Assembly: GCA_002269645.1 (NCBI GenBank)
Contig: NIVC01000419.1
Span: 1 to 64,000, forward strand
Source of the DNA: Macrostomum lignano
Taxonomy: Eukaryota
Direction: 5' to 3'
DNA: 64,000 nt
Notes under the pieces: model-generated
The model's database searches: none
The model's input: the letters and a program-made list of their open reading frames with translations, nothing else
Told to the model about the DNA's origin: nothing
Shown: positions 1-13,600 of the stretch, piece by piece
How positions within the stretch are numbered: the first letter of the stretch is position 1
Layout: each line of letters opens with the position of its first letter
Program-made: the position numbers and the translations under genes

Positions 1-255
1 GAGAGAGGGAGACAGGAGAGAGGGAGAACAGGAGAGAGGAGACAGGAGAGAGGGAGACAGGAAGAGGGAGACAGGAGAGAGGGAGACAGGAGAGAGGGAG
101 ACAGGAGAGAGGGAGACAGGAGAGAGGGAGACAGGAGAGAGGAGACAGGAGAGAGAGGTAGACAAGGGGGGAGACGGCAGAGGGGAGACAGGAGGTGAGA
201 CAGGAGGGAGAGACAGGAGAGGGGGAGACAGGAGGGTGAGACAAGTCAGAGGGTG
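1..255. repeat. Purine-rich ~13-bp tandem repeat (GAGAGGGAGACAG)n, probably in the Wnt intron
   Basis: Unit is directly visible and decays toward 250, just upstream of the acceptor at 309-310. Confidence 0.9.
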
Positions 256-310
256 AGACTTAAGCAACGGCGAATTGCCAGACTGCGCCCTACCGCACCT
301 CGCCTCGCAG

Positions 311-867
311 ATGGTGTTCCAAAGCGCCATAGTTGACTGCAAATGCCACGGCGTCAGCGGCTCCTGCTCGCTGAAGACCTGCTGGCAGCAGCTGCTGCCG
401 TTCAAGCTGATCGGCCAGCGCCTTCTCGCCTGTACGATCAGGCCGCCAAAGTGAAACTCGCCACCAGAGGCTTCGGCCTTCGACTGCGCCGCCGCGCAAA
501 GGCCGGAACAGCACCGCTGCTAATAGAAATTCGCAGTCGCGCAACCGACGCCGCCGTCAGCGACGCCAACGCCGCCAACGCCAGCGACGACGCCGACGCC
601 CACTCCGCAGCGAGCTGGTGTACATCGCCGATTCGCCAGACTTCTGCCGGCCCAACCACACGCTGGGCATCGAAGGCACCAGAAATCGGCAGTGCTACCT
701 CAACCCAGAGGACCCGCACACACAGCTGCTCAAAGCTCTGCTGTCAGAGAGGCTACGTGTCCAGGCTGATCAAGGAGACTCACAAGTGCAAGTGCAAGTT
801 CGAGTGGTGCTGCAAGATCCACTGCCAGCAGTGCGTCACGCAGAAGGTGGTGCAGATCTGCAACTGA
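311..867 (+). CDS. wnt: Wnt family ligand, terminal exon, with three apparent frameshifts
   Basis: Acceptor cgcag at 306-310. Frame 1 gives [17 protein letters not shown] (palmitoleoylation motif), frame 2 RLYDQAAKV, frame 3 [12 protein letters not shown]...GTRNRQC, then back to frame 2 for [10 protein letters not shown]...[16 protein letters not shown]...ICN*. Subfamily not assignable by eye. Confidence 0.93.
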
Positions 868-3039
868 CAGAGTCTGCATGGTGTTGATGGAGAAGCAGGT
901 TTTAATTATAACTTGGATCACGTCGGAGGGAGCCAGTTATCCAAGTAGCAGCACCCCCAGTTCGTCGTTCGTTCGTATTTCAGTTTACCAAAACAAGCTT
1001 TAGAAAACGCTCTTTTACCTCATCCCCTTTGTGACTCCAACCGTTGCATTACAAAATTTGTCTGTTTGTTTTCACGAATATTATTTTTTTCTGTCAAGGC
1101 GCTCTGCAGGCTGCAACATCCGATGTAAAAAAATAACTCCACCCCTTGGAATATTTTATAAACAATTCGAAACTGTAAAAAAATACTTCTTAGATTATAA
1201 AAAGTAGCCTAACCAGTATAACCGAAAAGTCTAATTTTTATTAACCAAATTTTCAATACGGACAACTTAAGTAGAAGGACGAACACTTGCTGCATGCCTA
1301 GACGTTTGACAAGTGACTGATAGACTAAATTTATTTGACAAGTGTCTGTAAACTTGCAGCATTTTAGAAGCGCCCTCCTACTAAAATTGTCCATATGATT
1401 TTCAATTTTCCGAACGAACTGTTTTCAATTACCCACCCGACCGAAACATTCTTAAATGTTGTGAGCGAAAGCTGCCTAGTCTCATGCCGTCACACGCATA
1501 AAAATACGTTTACTAATGAGCTCATTATAATATGATAATGAGCAAAAAATTGTAATTGCACCTAGCTCTTGCACTTATATAGTGTGTCGTAGAACATGAC
1601 GTTTGTAATTGATTTTTGTCTCTCTTATGCATCCAGTTATTAATATGCATGAATCAATTATAAAATTCATATCTCGTGTACATTCTCGCCCTAACTTACT
1701 CTTCAATCTAACGAACTTCATGCAATTTGATATACCTTTTCGATAAATTAAGTGTTTCCCTCACTAACTTTTTCTGTAGTCTCTGTCTCTAACTATACTT
1801 TTGTCGACTATTTATGAAAAATGATCTCATTTATTTGCGATTCGCATTGTAATGTATTGAATACATTTAGAAAAGGCACCAGCTTTTTAGTTGTCTAAAT
1901 TAGTAGTTTGTGTAAATAGTTTGGCAAAAATTTCTTTACAAAAAAGGGACTATAACAATTACTTGTATTAGATAGTTGCTTTCAGAAGCATAAACCACGA
2001 TCCCCAAGACTTCCATTTTGTAGCTCTTAATTGACTTTGATTATCACGTGATCGCTTAGATGTCTGTCTTCAAGGTCATGTTGAAGCCGTATTGCAATAA
2101 AATCATTTAGGAAAGAAAGGGAAAATCCATGCCATGTGACTGACGACCTTGGGAATCACCCGCAGTCATTTATACTAGCAAGCCTACGGAACGAAACCGC
2201 CAATCACGTGACCTCCAAGAAGCCTAAAACGCTAAAAAAAGAAAAACGTCTTGTTTTGGAAAGAATTTGGCGCTTCTGGTGTAATTTAAATGACATTTTA
2301 ATGGCACCGTTTTTCGTTACTCTTAACGATAACGACTGTTTAATTTCTATTTTAGTCGAACAACTCGTTCTGTTTTTGTTTACTCTACACAATGTACTAA
2401 CCAAAAACTCAACCGTTTCTATACTATCAATTTTGAATTTTAATCTCTTACTAAACATAATATTATTATTTACTATAATTTACCATACGCAGCTAGCAAA
2501 TCTTCTAGAAGAAGTGAACGGAATAAAAACGGAAATACAACCGAAAAAGCCCGACTCGCTATAACATGAATAATGTGCGCAGTACCTATAGCTGGCCGCG
2601 CCTGATTGATGTTCACGCATATAACTAAATTTATCGCATGCAGTTCATAACGAGCATGAAAATAGTACGGAAAAGTGTTCTAGTCAAGTGCGTAGAAATA
2701 ATCTCCGACTCAATTATAAATAGCATTAGATCTTACTAGAGCGACTAAATCGTTTTAGTCGTTTTAGTTCGTTTTAGCAGTTGCTTAGGTGTACTTTTTC
2801 TGGTTAGTTCCCTGCCCTGATACCTGCTATTCAGGTGAAAGACTTTATTTCTAAGGCAAAGCTCTTAAATTGATCTCAAATTAAGGAAGCCATCAATATC
2901 ATAATTATTGCATTTTTTGCATAAATACTTGGAAATTCACTTGAATGTAGTTTAACGGATAACGCAATAACAGACAAAGAGAAGATGGACTATATCTGAG
3001 CCAAAAAATCATAATTATAAAAGCAATCTTTATCGCAAA

Positions 3040-3504
3040 ATATTGTCGAAGAAATGATGGATGTTTTCGTGGACGATATTGTAGATATCTCGGTAGATTA
3101 AGATAAAATAGTTAATATCTCAGCTGAAAATATTGTGGATATCTCAATGGGTAATATTGTGGATATGTTGATGGATAATATTGTGGATATCTCAATGGGT
3201 AATATTGTGGATATGTTGATTGATGATATTGTGGATATCTCAGTGGATAATATTGTGGATATCTTGATGAATCATATCTTGATATCTTGATGCATAATAT
3301 AGTGGATATATCGATGGATAATATTGTGGATATCTCAATGGGTAATATTGTGGATATCTCAATGGGTAATATTGTGGATATCTCTATGGGTAATATAGTG
3401 GATATATCGATGGATAATATTGTGGATATCTCAATGGGTAATATTGTGGATATATCGATGGATAATATTGTGGATATCTCAATGGGTAATATTGTGGATA
3501 TCTC
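3040..3504. repeat. 24-bp minisatellite (ATGGATAATATTGTGGATATCTCA), left part
   Basis: Tandem units with a degenerate left edge; translates as a spurious MDNIVDIS repeat. Confidence 0.95.
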
Positions 3505-6500
3505 TGAGGTGCCGGGCGTGTTTTGATATACTGCACTGCACCTGACTCACCTGAGCTCAATAATGTGTAACTCTAACTAGCCAACCAGCCTAACTAGCCA
3601 AACCGGCCTACCCCGGTGTGCGCTGCTCTGTGTACTTTCTCTCTCTCCCCCTTGACATGATAATATTCAGTAGTGATCGATTCTGAGTTTTAAGCCACTT
3701 ACTTGTTTGTCTTTTAAGCCTATATATTGGTCTCGCCACCTACCACCTCGTAACTCTCTAATTTAGCAATATTTCGCTCAACTATACAACTTCGCACTTG
3801 ACTCAACCAAGCCCACGGGCAGCCTTGTCATCGTTTACTGGGAGCGACTTGACAATGGCGTCGCAAGCAAACAACTTCGAACTAAACTTGGATGACCCAG
3901 ACACAGCCGAAGCCTGGCTGCTCAGCTTTGCGGCTGCCGCACGAACCAAGAAACTGACGGACACAGAAGATCGGCAGATCACCGATCTATTCCTCGCCAG
4001 GGCAGGTCTCAAGGCACTGAGACCGCTGTCCCTCATGGCTGCCCCGGACAGCCTGGAAAAAAACATTTGCACAAATCCGAGACATCATCAAGGAGACAAT
4101 CCGGTCCAAAAAGCGCCTCGACATTGCCGAACGAGCGAAATTCCTCGCTCTCAGGCAGGACCCAAGCGAAAGTGTCGCCTCCTACTACCGTCGACTCCGT
4201 GCAGCAGCGGCTACGTGCAGCTTTGAGAAGCTCGGGACGAAACAGTCAAGCGAGGACGAGCTCATCACCATGCAGCTCGTGGACGGACTCGCCTCTGTGG
4301 ACCACAAGCATAGACTGTTGGAGAGAATGCAAGCTACAGACATGCTGCTAAACGAGGTGCTGCAAACACTTGAGCAACTTGAGCAAATCCGCTGCTACAA
4401 CGCCAGCACCGGGGCCGCTGCCAACACCGAGGCCAGCATCGCCTATGCAGGGCGGCACGGCACGCCCCCACAGCCAGCGCCGGACACCAGACCGCCGAGG
4501 AACATCAGCAAGACGAAGTGCCAATATTGCGGCGGTTCGCACCAGCAAGGCGCATGCCCCGCGTTCGGCAAGCGGTGCACCGCCTGCAACAGGAAAAACC
4601 ACTTCGCAGCCGTATGCAGGTCCCGCACCGTGCATTTGGAGACCTGGGAGGAGAACGAAGGCGCCGAGATGGAGCGAGACACCGCCAACGTCTTCGTCAT
4701 CAGACCGGAACGCAGAGAGCGGAACGGCATCTTCCGGCAGGTCAAAATCAACGGCAAGGAACTGCAAATGCAGGTAGACACGGGCGCTGATGTGAGTCTC
4801 ATTCCACGGGGCCACTGGGAGGCACTTGGATGCCCAGCACTGAGGAAATCCAGACGAATTCTAAAAAAAGTCCGACGGATCGATCATAAGAACCCTGGGA
4901 GAGTTCACTGCCACGTGGGATGACCAAGAAAAGTTCCGCACAGTCGACTTGGTGGTCACAGCAGCGCGCAAGTCACATGGACTGCTGGGTCTTGACAATT
5001 TGATCGGAACCCCGAAGGCCAGGCAGCCAGTGCTCAATGTTCCGTTGTTCAACACCTCGATTGTCTGAAGGGTTTCCAGGCCAGGATCAAGCTGATTGAG
5101 GGTGCCAAGCCTTTCTACTGCGCAGCCAGAGCAGTGCCGCTGCACCTGCGTGACCGCGTCAATCAGGAGCTAAAGCGTCTCGTAAATGAGGGCATCCTCG
5201 AGCCGGTGACGGAAGGTGGCAGCGAGTGGGCGTCCCCGATCGTCTGCGTTTTAAAACCTAATGGCAATGTCAGAATTTGCGCAGACTACAAGGCGGGGGT
5301 CAACCATCAGGTGTGCGGAGACACCTACCCCATGCCAACCGTCGAAACGATCTTCTCGGACGTTGCCGGAATGACTGACTTTGCCACTCTCGACCTATCT
5401 GACGCCTACTTACAGATCGAGCTCGAGGAGAAGAGCAGGGAGGTCACCACGATTGAAACTCCGTTAGGGCTGTTCCGCTACACCCGACTAGTGCCTGGCC
5501 TTAAATCAGCATCCGCCATCTTTCAAAAGGCAATGGAGACCACCCTCGAGGACGTAAGCGGCAAGGTCATCTATCAAGACAACATCCTTATCGGAGGTCA
5601 ATCTGCCGAGAGTCTCAAGGCCAAAGTTGATGAAGTAATCAAGACCCTACAGGCGGCCGGCATGAATATAAATCTCGCCAAATCCAACCTGGGGGCCAAG
5701 ACAGTCAAGTTCCTGGGCTACAGAATCAGCGCAGACGGAATCTCGCCGGACCCCGGCCTGGTCAGCAAAATCATGGAGATCTCCGCGCCACGCGACCGTC
5801 GCCAGTTAGAGTCGTTCCTTGGTCTCTGCAATTTCTTCGGAAGGTTTGTCAACAACTATGCGCACGTTGTCGAGCCTTTGAACCAGCTGCGCAAGAAGGG
5901 AGCGGAGTTTGTGTGGGGAGCTGCGCAAGAAGCGGCCTTCCACCAGCTGAAGAAGCTGCTGAGCTCCGGCCCGATCATTCAGCCTTACGACCGAGCCAAA
6001 GAGACAACGCTAACGACAGACGGCAGTGAAAAGGCGGCGGCCGCCGTGCTCACGCAGGAAGGGCACCCCGTCATCTACTTCAGCCGGCGATTGACACAGG
6101 CGGAGGCGCGCTATTCCAACATCGAGCGAGAGGCTCTGGCGATTGTTTGGGCGATGGAGGGCTCGACAATTCCTTCTAGGCAAGCGTTTCACACTGCGAA
6201 CGGACCACCGCCCTCTAGAGTTCTTGTTCGGAACAAGACAACAACTCCCCAAGGTCGCCAACGCTCGACTCCTGCGCTGGGCCATCCGCCTCATGGGGTT
6301 TGACTTTGAGTACGTCCGAGGAGCCCAAATTCCGCACGCCGATGCGCTTTCCCGCCTCGACTTTGCCGATGTTCCGGAAGATCAGTCTGAAGCTGCGACT
6401 CACCACCAACACCTGGTGCATTGGGCTGATGAAAGCGTAATTGGTTGGAATGAGCTAGCAGAGGAGACAAAACGTGACAGGCTGCTAGCAGATGTCATGC

Positions 6501-7755
6501 GCAGGATAGCCGGAAATGGCTGGTCGGGCTGCTCCCCTGCAGAGCGGCCCTTCAAGGCAATTCGTCACGCGCTTACAATAGACTCGGTAGTGTGCTACGG
6601 AGACCGGCCAGTCATTCCCTAGTCTTTACGAAGCCGCGTCCTGGAGTTGGTGCACAGCGGGGTGCACCCCGGTGCCTCGAGCACACGAGCGCTGGTCCGC
6701 AACTCCGTCTGGTGGCCGGGCTACTGCAGCGACGTGGAAGGATTCGTCCGTGCCTGCCACACCTGCGCCAAGCAACGCCAAAGCGGCCACAGCAGCGTCC
6801 ATCAATGGCCGGCCGACTCTGAACCCTGGGGACGCGTCCACATGGACCACGCTCACGTCCCAAAGGTCGGGCTCCTGCTGGTCCTGGTTGACGCCATGTC
6901 CGCCTGGCCGGAGGCCATCCGAGTGCCGGACAAGAGCGCCGCGACCGTCAGGAAGGTCCTCCAGGAGGTCTTCACCCGCAATGGAGTTCCACGAACCCTG
7001 GTGAGTGACAATGCTGCTGAATTTCATGATGAAGGGCTGGTGAGTTGGCTGAGCAGAATTGGCTGCCGCGCTGTGAAAACTCCGCCATACCACCCCCAGT
7101 CGAACGGCCTGGCTGAGCGCATGGTGCAGACGATCAAGGTGGCTTCGGCGGGCTGGGACCAGTAGGAGTCGTACGACGCGTTCCTGGCGCGGATTCTGCT
7201 AAACTACCGATGCGTGCCGCATGCCGGAAGAGAGTTCAGTCCAGCGCAGCTGATGGGCAGGCACCTGCGGAACCCCATCACCATGAGAACAGCAATCCGG
7301 TCCGAGGTGTGGTACGCCCCAAGGAAAGGCGCGATCCCGGAGAAGGCAGAATTCCTAGCGCTGAAGGGATCCAACACGGCGCTGATCATGCGACAGGGCA
7401 ACAGAGCCACACTCGCCCACCTGGACCAACTTCGGCGACACGAGCCTGACAACAATGAAGGCGGCGCGACTGCGACAACCAACCTGAACGGCGACCTCAG
7501 CTCCGAGGGGGCGGCGAAGCCCACCGACCTTCCAACGGTGACGCCCGGCAGCGACGGACTCCGGTCTCGGCCACGTCAGAGCAGGCGGAGAACAAGCCGG
7601 CGGCGAGCTCAGTCCCGAGTACCCCCGAGCCCGGTCGCCACGACCGCTTAGCGGAGAGCATAGCCGGAACTGACAAGGCGACTACGGCTCAGAGACCGAG
7701 CTACAACCTCCGAGCGAATCGAGGCGTGCCCCCGTTGCGATTCGAAGGGGGGAGA
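3505..7755 (+). mobile_element. Ty3/Gypsy LTR retrotransposon, decayed, with one candidate LTR and no 3' LTR
   Basis: Candidate 5' LTR TG(3505)..CA(~3788) with TATATAT at 3721. Gag from ATG 3855 with Zn knuckles (CQYCGGSHQQGAC, CTACNRKNHFAAVC), protease VDTGA, RT, RNase H, integrase HHCC and DDE (MDHAH, SDNAAEF, NGLAERM) in Gypsy order. PPT GAAGGGGGGAGA at 7744-7755. Confidence 0.95.
3855..7651 (+). pseudogene. gag-pol of the Gypsy element, disrupted
   Basis: Frameshifts near 4060, 4865 and 6155 (others possible); in-frame TAG at 6620-6622 and 7163-7165; RT motif reads YQDN rather than YxDD. Confidence 0.9.
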
Positions 7756-8640
7756 TGGATAATATTGTGGATATCTCAATGGATAATATTGTGGATATCT
7801 TGATTGATTATATTGTGGATATCTCAATGGGTAATATTGTGGATATCTTGATGAATCATATTGTGGATATCTTGATGCAAAATATAGTGGATATCTCAAT
7901 GGATAATATTGTGGATATGTTGATTGATGATATTGTGGATATCTTGATTGATGATATTGTGGATATCTCAATGGGTAATATTGTGGATATCTTGATGAAT
8001 CATATTGTGGATATATCTTGATGCAAAATATAGTGGATATCTTGATGCATAATATAGTGGATATCTCAATGGATAATATTGTGGATATGTTGATTGATGA
8101 TATTGTGGATATCTTGATGAATCATATTGTGGATATCTTGATGCAAAATATAGTGGATATCTTGATGCATAATATAGTGGATATCTCAATGGATAATATT
8201 GTGGATATGTTGATTGATGATATTGTGGATATCTTGATGAATCATATTGTGGATATCTTGATGCAAAATATAGTGGATATCTTGATGCATAATATAGTGG
8301 ATATCTCAATGGATAATATTGTGGATATGTTGATTGATGATATTGTGGATATCTTGATGGATAATATTGTGGATATCTCAATGGGCAATATTGTGGATAT
8401 CTCAATAGATAATATTGTGGTTACCTCGATGGATAATATTGTGGATATCTCAATAGATAATATTGTGGTTACCTCGATGGATAATATTGTGGATATCTCA
8501 ATGGGTAATATTGTGGCTATCTCAATGGATAATATTGTGGTTATCTCAATGGGTAATATTGTGGATATGTTGATTGATGATATTGTGGATATCTTGATGG
8601 ATAATACATGTATAGTGAATATCTCGGTGGACATTAGTGA
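7756..8640. repeat. 24-bp minisatellite, right part, with higher-order block repetition
   Basis: Same unit as 3040-3504; resumes immediately after the PPT and has a degenerate right edge. Confidence 0.95.
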
Positions 8641-9699
8641 AAAATTAAGGCAGTAAACAGACAACAGATGACTCGTTAAGCATGCGAATAAAAGCAAACA
8701 ACGCATAAAGCCAGTTGAAAATATAAAAATGAATTCAGCTCTCTGAATAAAACTCATTTAAAAAAGCAGTCAGTTTTTTAAGTCAATTCTGACCACCTGT
8801 CGATCAATTTTATTTATAACTTTTTAAATCCTTGAATTACCTGGTCAAACATGACATCACACAGCTACAATCGGTGTCTTATGAACAGGTTGCCAAGCTA
8901 ACTAATAGGGCCCAAAAATAGTTTCACATAGGCGACAACAAACTACTGCAAGTAGCTACGAGTATTTTGTAGTGCGGAAAATAAGCAAAAATTGCCTGCA
9001 GTTTTAAGAAATTGATGACAAACTCATTGAAAGATCGTCAAATTATAGCCGAAAAATTGAAAAGGAAAAGCAGTTAAAAGTGTTGGTCTTTTTCTCACGC
9101 AAGCAAGCAGCATTTACAATATAAGTTTGGAGAATAATGCGAGTAGAAGTTATGAAAGAAACAAGTTTTAATTGATATTTTAAACTGTTTCATGGTCTAA
9201 TCTGTAAACTGTTGGATGAGTCATTATATAGACTGTCTAAATAGCGATGCAAAAGAAAATTTTATATTCCTTATGGCGATATTTCAGAATTTCGTAACAA
9301 TTTAAATCTTGTTTCATTCATTTAGAATCTGACACTAGTACGCTACTAATAGAGGTAAATAGCGCATTGTAATTAACGGAGAAGTGCTTCAACATAAAAA
9401 AGTAGGCAGCAGCTGCTAATAACCAACCAAATGATCAATAACCAGAAAAAATGATTTATGATAAATTTAACCGATTAAGCGAAGAATTGAAACCTCTTCC
9501 AACCCAAACTGCATGTCAACAATCAACATGGTAGTGATACCCGACAATGAATCGAAAACTATATGTATAGAAACATCGCACACACAGAAGAGTCAAAGAA
9601 TTACTCCAGCCAATGTAGCACTGCATTACGGGAGACAAGATAGAGACACAGTTTTAACCCCTTGCTGGGTGGTTGCATCATTTTCTCGAGTGGATTAGG

Positions 9700-10410
9700 A
9701 CAATTGTAGGGAGCGGATTAAGGGGGATTGTAGGGAGCGGATCGCGGATTAAGGGGGTTGTAGGGAGCGGATTAGGGGGGATTGTGGGGAGCGGATTAGG
9801 GGGGATTGTAGGGAGCAGATTAGGGGGGTTGTAGGGAGCGGATTGCGGATTAAGGGGGATTTTAGGGAGCGGATTGCGGATTAAGGGGGATTGTAGGGAG
9901 CGGATTGCGGATTAAGGGGGATTTTAGGGAGCGAATTAGGGGGGTTGTAGGGAGCGGATTGCGGATTAAGGGGGATTTTAGGGAGCGGATTAGGGGGGTT
10001 GTAGGGAGCGGATTAAGGGGGATTGTAGGGAGCGGATTAGGGGGGTTGTAGGGAGCGGATTAGGGGGGATTGTAGGGAGCGGATTGCGGATTAAGGGGGA
10101 TTTTAGGGAGCGGATTGCGGATTAAGGGCGATTGTAGGGAGCGGATTGTGGAAATTGTAGAAAGCGAATTAGGGGATTGTAGGGAGCGGATTAGGGGGGA
10201 TTGTAGGGAGCGGATTAGGGGGGATTGTAGGGAGCGGATTGCGGATTAAGGGGGATTTTAGGGAGCGGATTGCGGATTAAGGGCGATTGTAGGGAGCGGA
10301 TTAGTGGGATTTCAGGGAGATGATTGTAGAGAGCGGATTAGGAAGGTTGTAGAGAGCGGATTAGGAAGGTTGTAGAGAGCGGATTAGGGTTCTAGAGAGC
10401 GGACTAGAGC
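9700..10410. repeat. G-rich minisatellite (GGGGGATTGTAGGGAGCGGATTA, variable 23-30 bp)
   Basis: Tandem units directly visible. Confidence 0.93.
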
Positions 10411-10647
10411 GGCTTAAGGGAGAGAAGAACAAATAAGTATAGGCATTAGAATACCACAGTAATTTTCGATCACTAAGCCATTAAAATAGAATCAAACAGG
10501 CCGCACTCCAGAAAACTTAAGTAAAGGTTTAAAACTTGACATAAAATTATTAAGCATTTTTCAGAGAAATAGAGTCGCACCTTTGAAGATCAAAGCAGAT
10601 TTATTAGTGCAGAATATATAAATAAATAAAAATGTAGTTCAGCTACA

Positions 10648-13600
10648 TTAGGAAGCCGCATTGGTGGGGTAATCAAGGCCATTACCGTCGCCATCCGTGG
10701 GCCCGTAGTCATCGTCAATATCGCTATCGTCAGGTTCGTGCATTGGGAATCGCAGTATGGCCGCTACCCCGGTTAGTTGATTGAGCTCTGCAAATTTGAG
10801 GGTAAACGGCGGGAGTAACCTATATGCCTCGTCATCTAATTAGCATTTGGCATGTCTCATAAAACGGAAACGATCTTGCAAATCAAACTCACGCTCTCCG
10901 CTAGGATGCAGGCTGGAGAAAATTCGAACCTGGCCGGCGTTCTCGCGAACCGAATCGACCAGTTTAACAAATCGGCGCCGTTCTTCGATTTTATTCGATC
11001 GAAATAAACTGTCGGATATAAGCAGCACTTCGATGGCCTGGCCATTCGGGGAGAAATGTGGATGAATTGACAAGTAGGCACAGAAACGCTAAGTTATGAT
11101 TGATTATAACCTTTTGATTGTAACTTCATCATTATCATAAACTAATTATGATGAAGTAAACACTTGGAGTAGAATTCTGAATAGAGAGAAATAGACTCCT
11201 TAATAGAGAGAAGTAGACTCCTAAATAGAGAGAATTAGACTCCTAAATAGAGAGTAGACTCCTGAATAGAGAGAAGTAGACTCCTAAATAGAGAGAAGTA
11301 GACTCCTGAATAGAGAGAAGTAGACTCCTAAATAGAGAGAAGTAGACTCCTGAATAGAGAGAAGTAGACTCCTGAATAGAGGGAAGTAGACTCCTGAATA
11401 GAGAGAAGTAGACTCCTGAATAGAGAGAAGTAGACTACTAAATAGAGAGAAGTAGACTCCTGAATAGAGAGAAGTAGACTCCTGAATAGAGAGAAGTAGA
11501 CTCCTGAATAGAGAGAAGTAGACTACTAAATAGAGAGAAGTAGACTCCTAAATAGAGAGAAGTAGACTCCTGAATAGAGAGAAGTAGACTCCTGAATAGA
11601 GAGAAGTAGACTCCTGAATAGAGAGAAGTAGACTCCTAAATAGAGAGAAGTAGACTCCTAAATAGAGAGGAGTAGACTCCTGAATAGAGAGGAGTAGACT
11701 CCTGAATAGAGAGAAGTAGACTCCTGAATAGAGAGAAGTAGACTCCTGAATAGAGAGGAGTAGACTTCTGAATAGAGAGAAGTAGACTCCTGAATAGAGA
11801 GAAGTAGACTCCTAAATAGAGAGAAGTAGACTCCTAAATAGAGAGAAGTAGACTCCTGAATAGAGAGAAGTAGACTCCTGAATAGAGAGAAGTAGACTCC
11901 TGAATAGAGAGAAGTAGACTCCTGAATAGAGAGAAGTAGACTCCTAAATAGAGAGAAGTAGACTCCTGAATAGAGAGAAGTAGACTCCTAAATAGAGAGA
12001 AGTAGACTCCTGAATAGAGAGAAGTAGACTCCTGAATAGAGAGAAGTAGACTCCTGAATAGAGAGAAGTAGACTCCTGAATAGAGAGAAGTAGACTCCTA
12101 AATAGAGAGAAGTAGACTCCTGAATAGAGAGAAGTAGACTCCTGAATAGAGAGAAGTAGACTCCTGAATAGAGAGAAGTAGACTCCTAAATAGAGAGAAG
12201 TAGACTCCTGAATAGAGAGGAGTAGACTTCTGAATAGAGAGAAGTAGACTCCTCAATAGAGAGAAGTAGACTCCTGAATAGAGAGAAGTAGACTCCTGAA
12301 TAGAGAGGCACAAACCCTCAATAATAGAGACGTAGAACCTGCTAAACGTATAAAAGTGAAAACTCACGTGATTCTCGTTGGCCATCTCAACATGCTTGAC
12401 GCCGTAGAATGCTCTTGACGGGTCGGATTTCAGCATAGAATAAAAATCCGCCAGCGCTTTCACTTCCAGCGCGGCTCGGGTGTCGGCCAGCTTGTTGGCA
12501 ATGTTAGGGTCTTCCAGGACCTCTGCCAGTTTTGAGTGCGAGTTTTGGCAAATTAACTTTTAATCTAAGCTATTAAATTAGACAAGATACAAACAAATTA
12601 ACGGACATCAAAAGACACTACACACATATATATATATGATACTAACAGACTAACAAAGATAGACATAGACAGGCAGACATAGACAGGCAGACAGACATAG
12701 ACACAGACCTAGACAGACAGACACAGATAGACACAAAGACAGCCACAGCCACAGACTGACAGACAGGCATATACAGGCACCCAGACAGACTGACAGACAG
12801 GCATATACAGGCACCCAGACAGACTGACAGACAGGCATAGACAGGAACACAGACAGACACACAAACAGGCACGAATAATGAGAGACAAAACAACAGACGG
12901 ACAGACATAGACAGGCACACAGACAGACATACAGACAGCAAGAATGAGAGACAAAACAGCAGACAGACAGACATTGACAGGCACACAGACAGACATACAG
13001 ACAGCAAGAATGAGAGACAAAACAGCAGACAGACAGACATTGACAAGCAGAATAACAGGCACAAGGATATCAAAGCAATCCAACAGATAGCCAATCCAAA
13101 AGCTTACTCACCCTTCAAGGCCTGCCTATGCCCGCTAGAGGAGTGCACCAGCACAAATTTGGGCTTATTCTCAATCAGCACTTTATTGTCCTCCTTAATA
13201 GCCTGGCGAAAGCAGTATTCATAGAAATCGTCTTTAGTAAACCCGGGACTAGCCAAGATCACGCATTTGACAATACCGAAATTGATATGCTTATTCAGGC
13301 CCTGGTAGAGCTGTTCGTAGAATCTCTGCATAGCCTTGTCTAACTGCGACGACTGAAAACCTTTGCGCTTTTTTGGCACGTTAACTTCTACGCGACAACG
13401 CACTAGGGTCATTGAGGATGTTATCAAGCAGATATGCCCGAGGCCCTCTTGCATCACAATAGCTGACAAGTCCGCGTGTCTAGCAATGTCAGTGGCTTCG
13501 TCAACTCTGTCAAGCGAGACGCTGTCCCATTCGTCTTTCACTATGGTGAATTTGCGTTGCAATTCCAAATCAATGGTGTGATAGGCGCCCATTTTCACGT

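Noticed and set aside
556-610. Small intron explaining the second Wnt frame change
   Set aside because: GT at 556 and AG at 609-610 give the wrong phase.
2136-2564. 142-aa ORF
   Set aside because: AT-rich, no motif, no splice support, non-ATG start.
7648-8757. MDNIVDIS and RYPQY repeat ORFs
   Set aside because: Produced by the 24-bp satellite; no unique flanking coding sequence.
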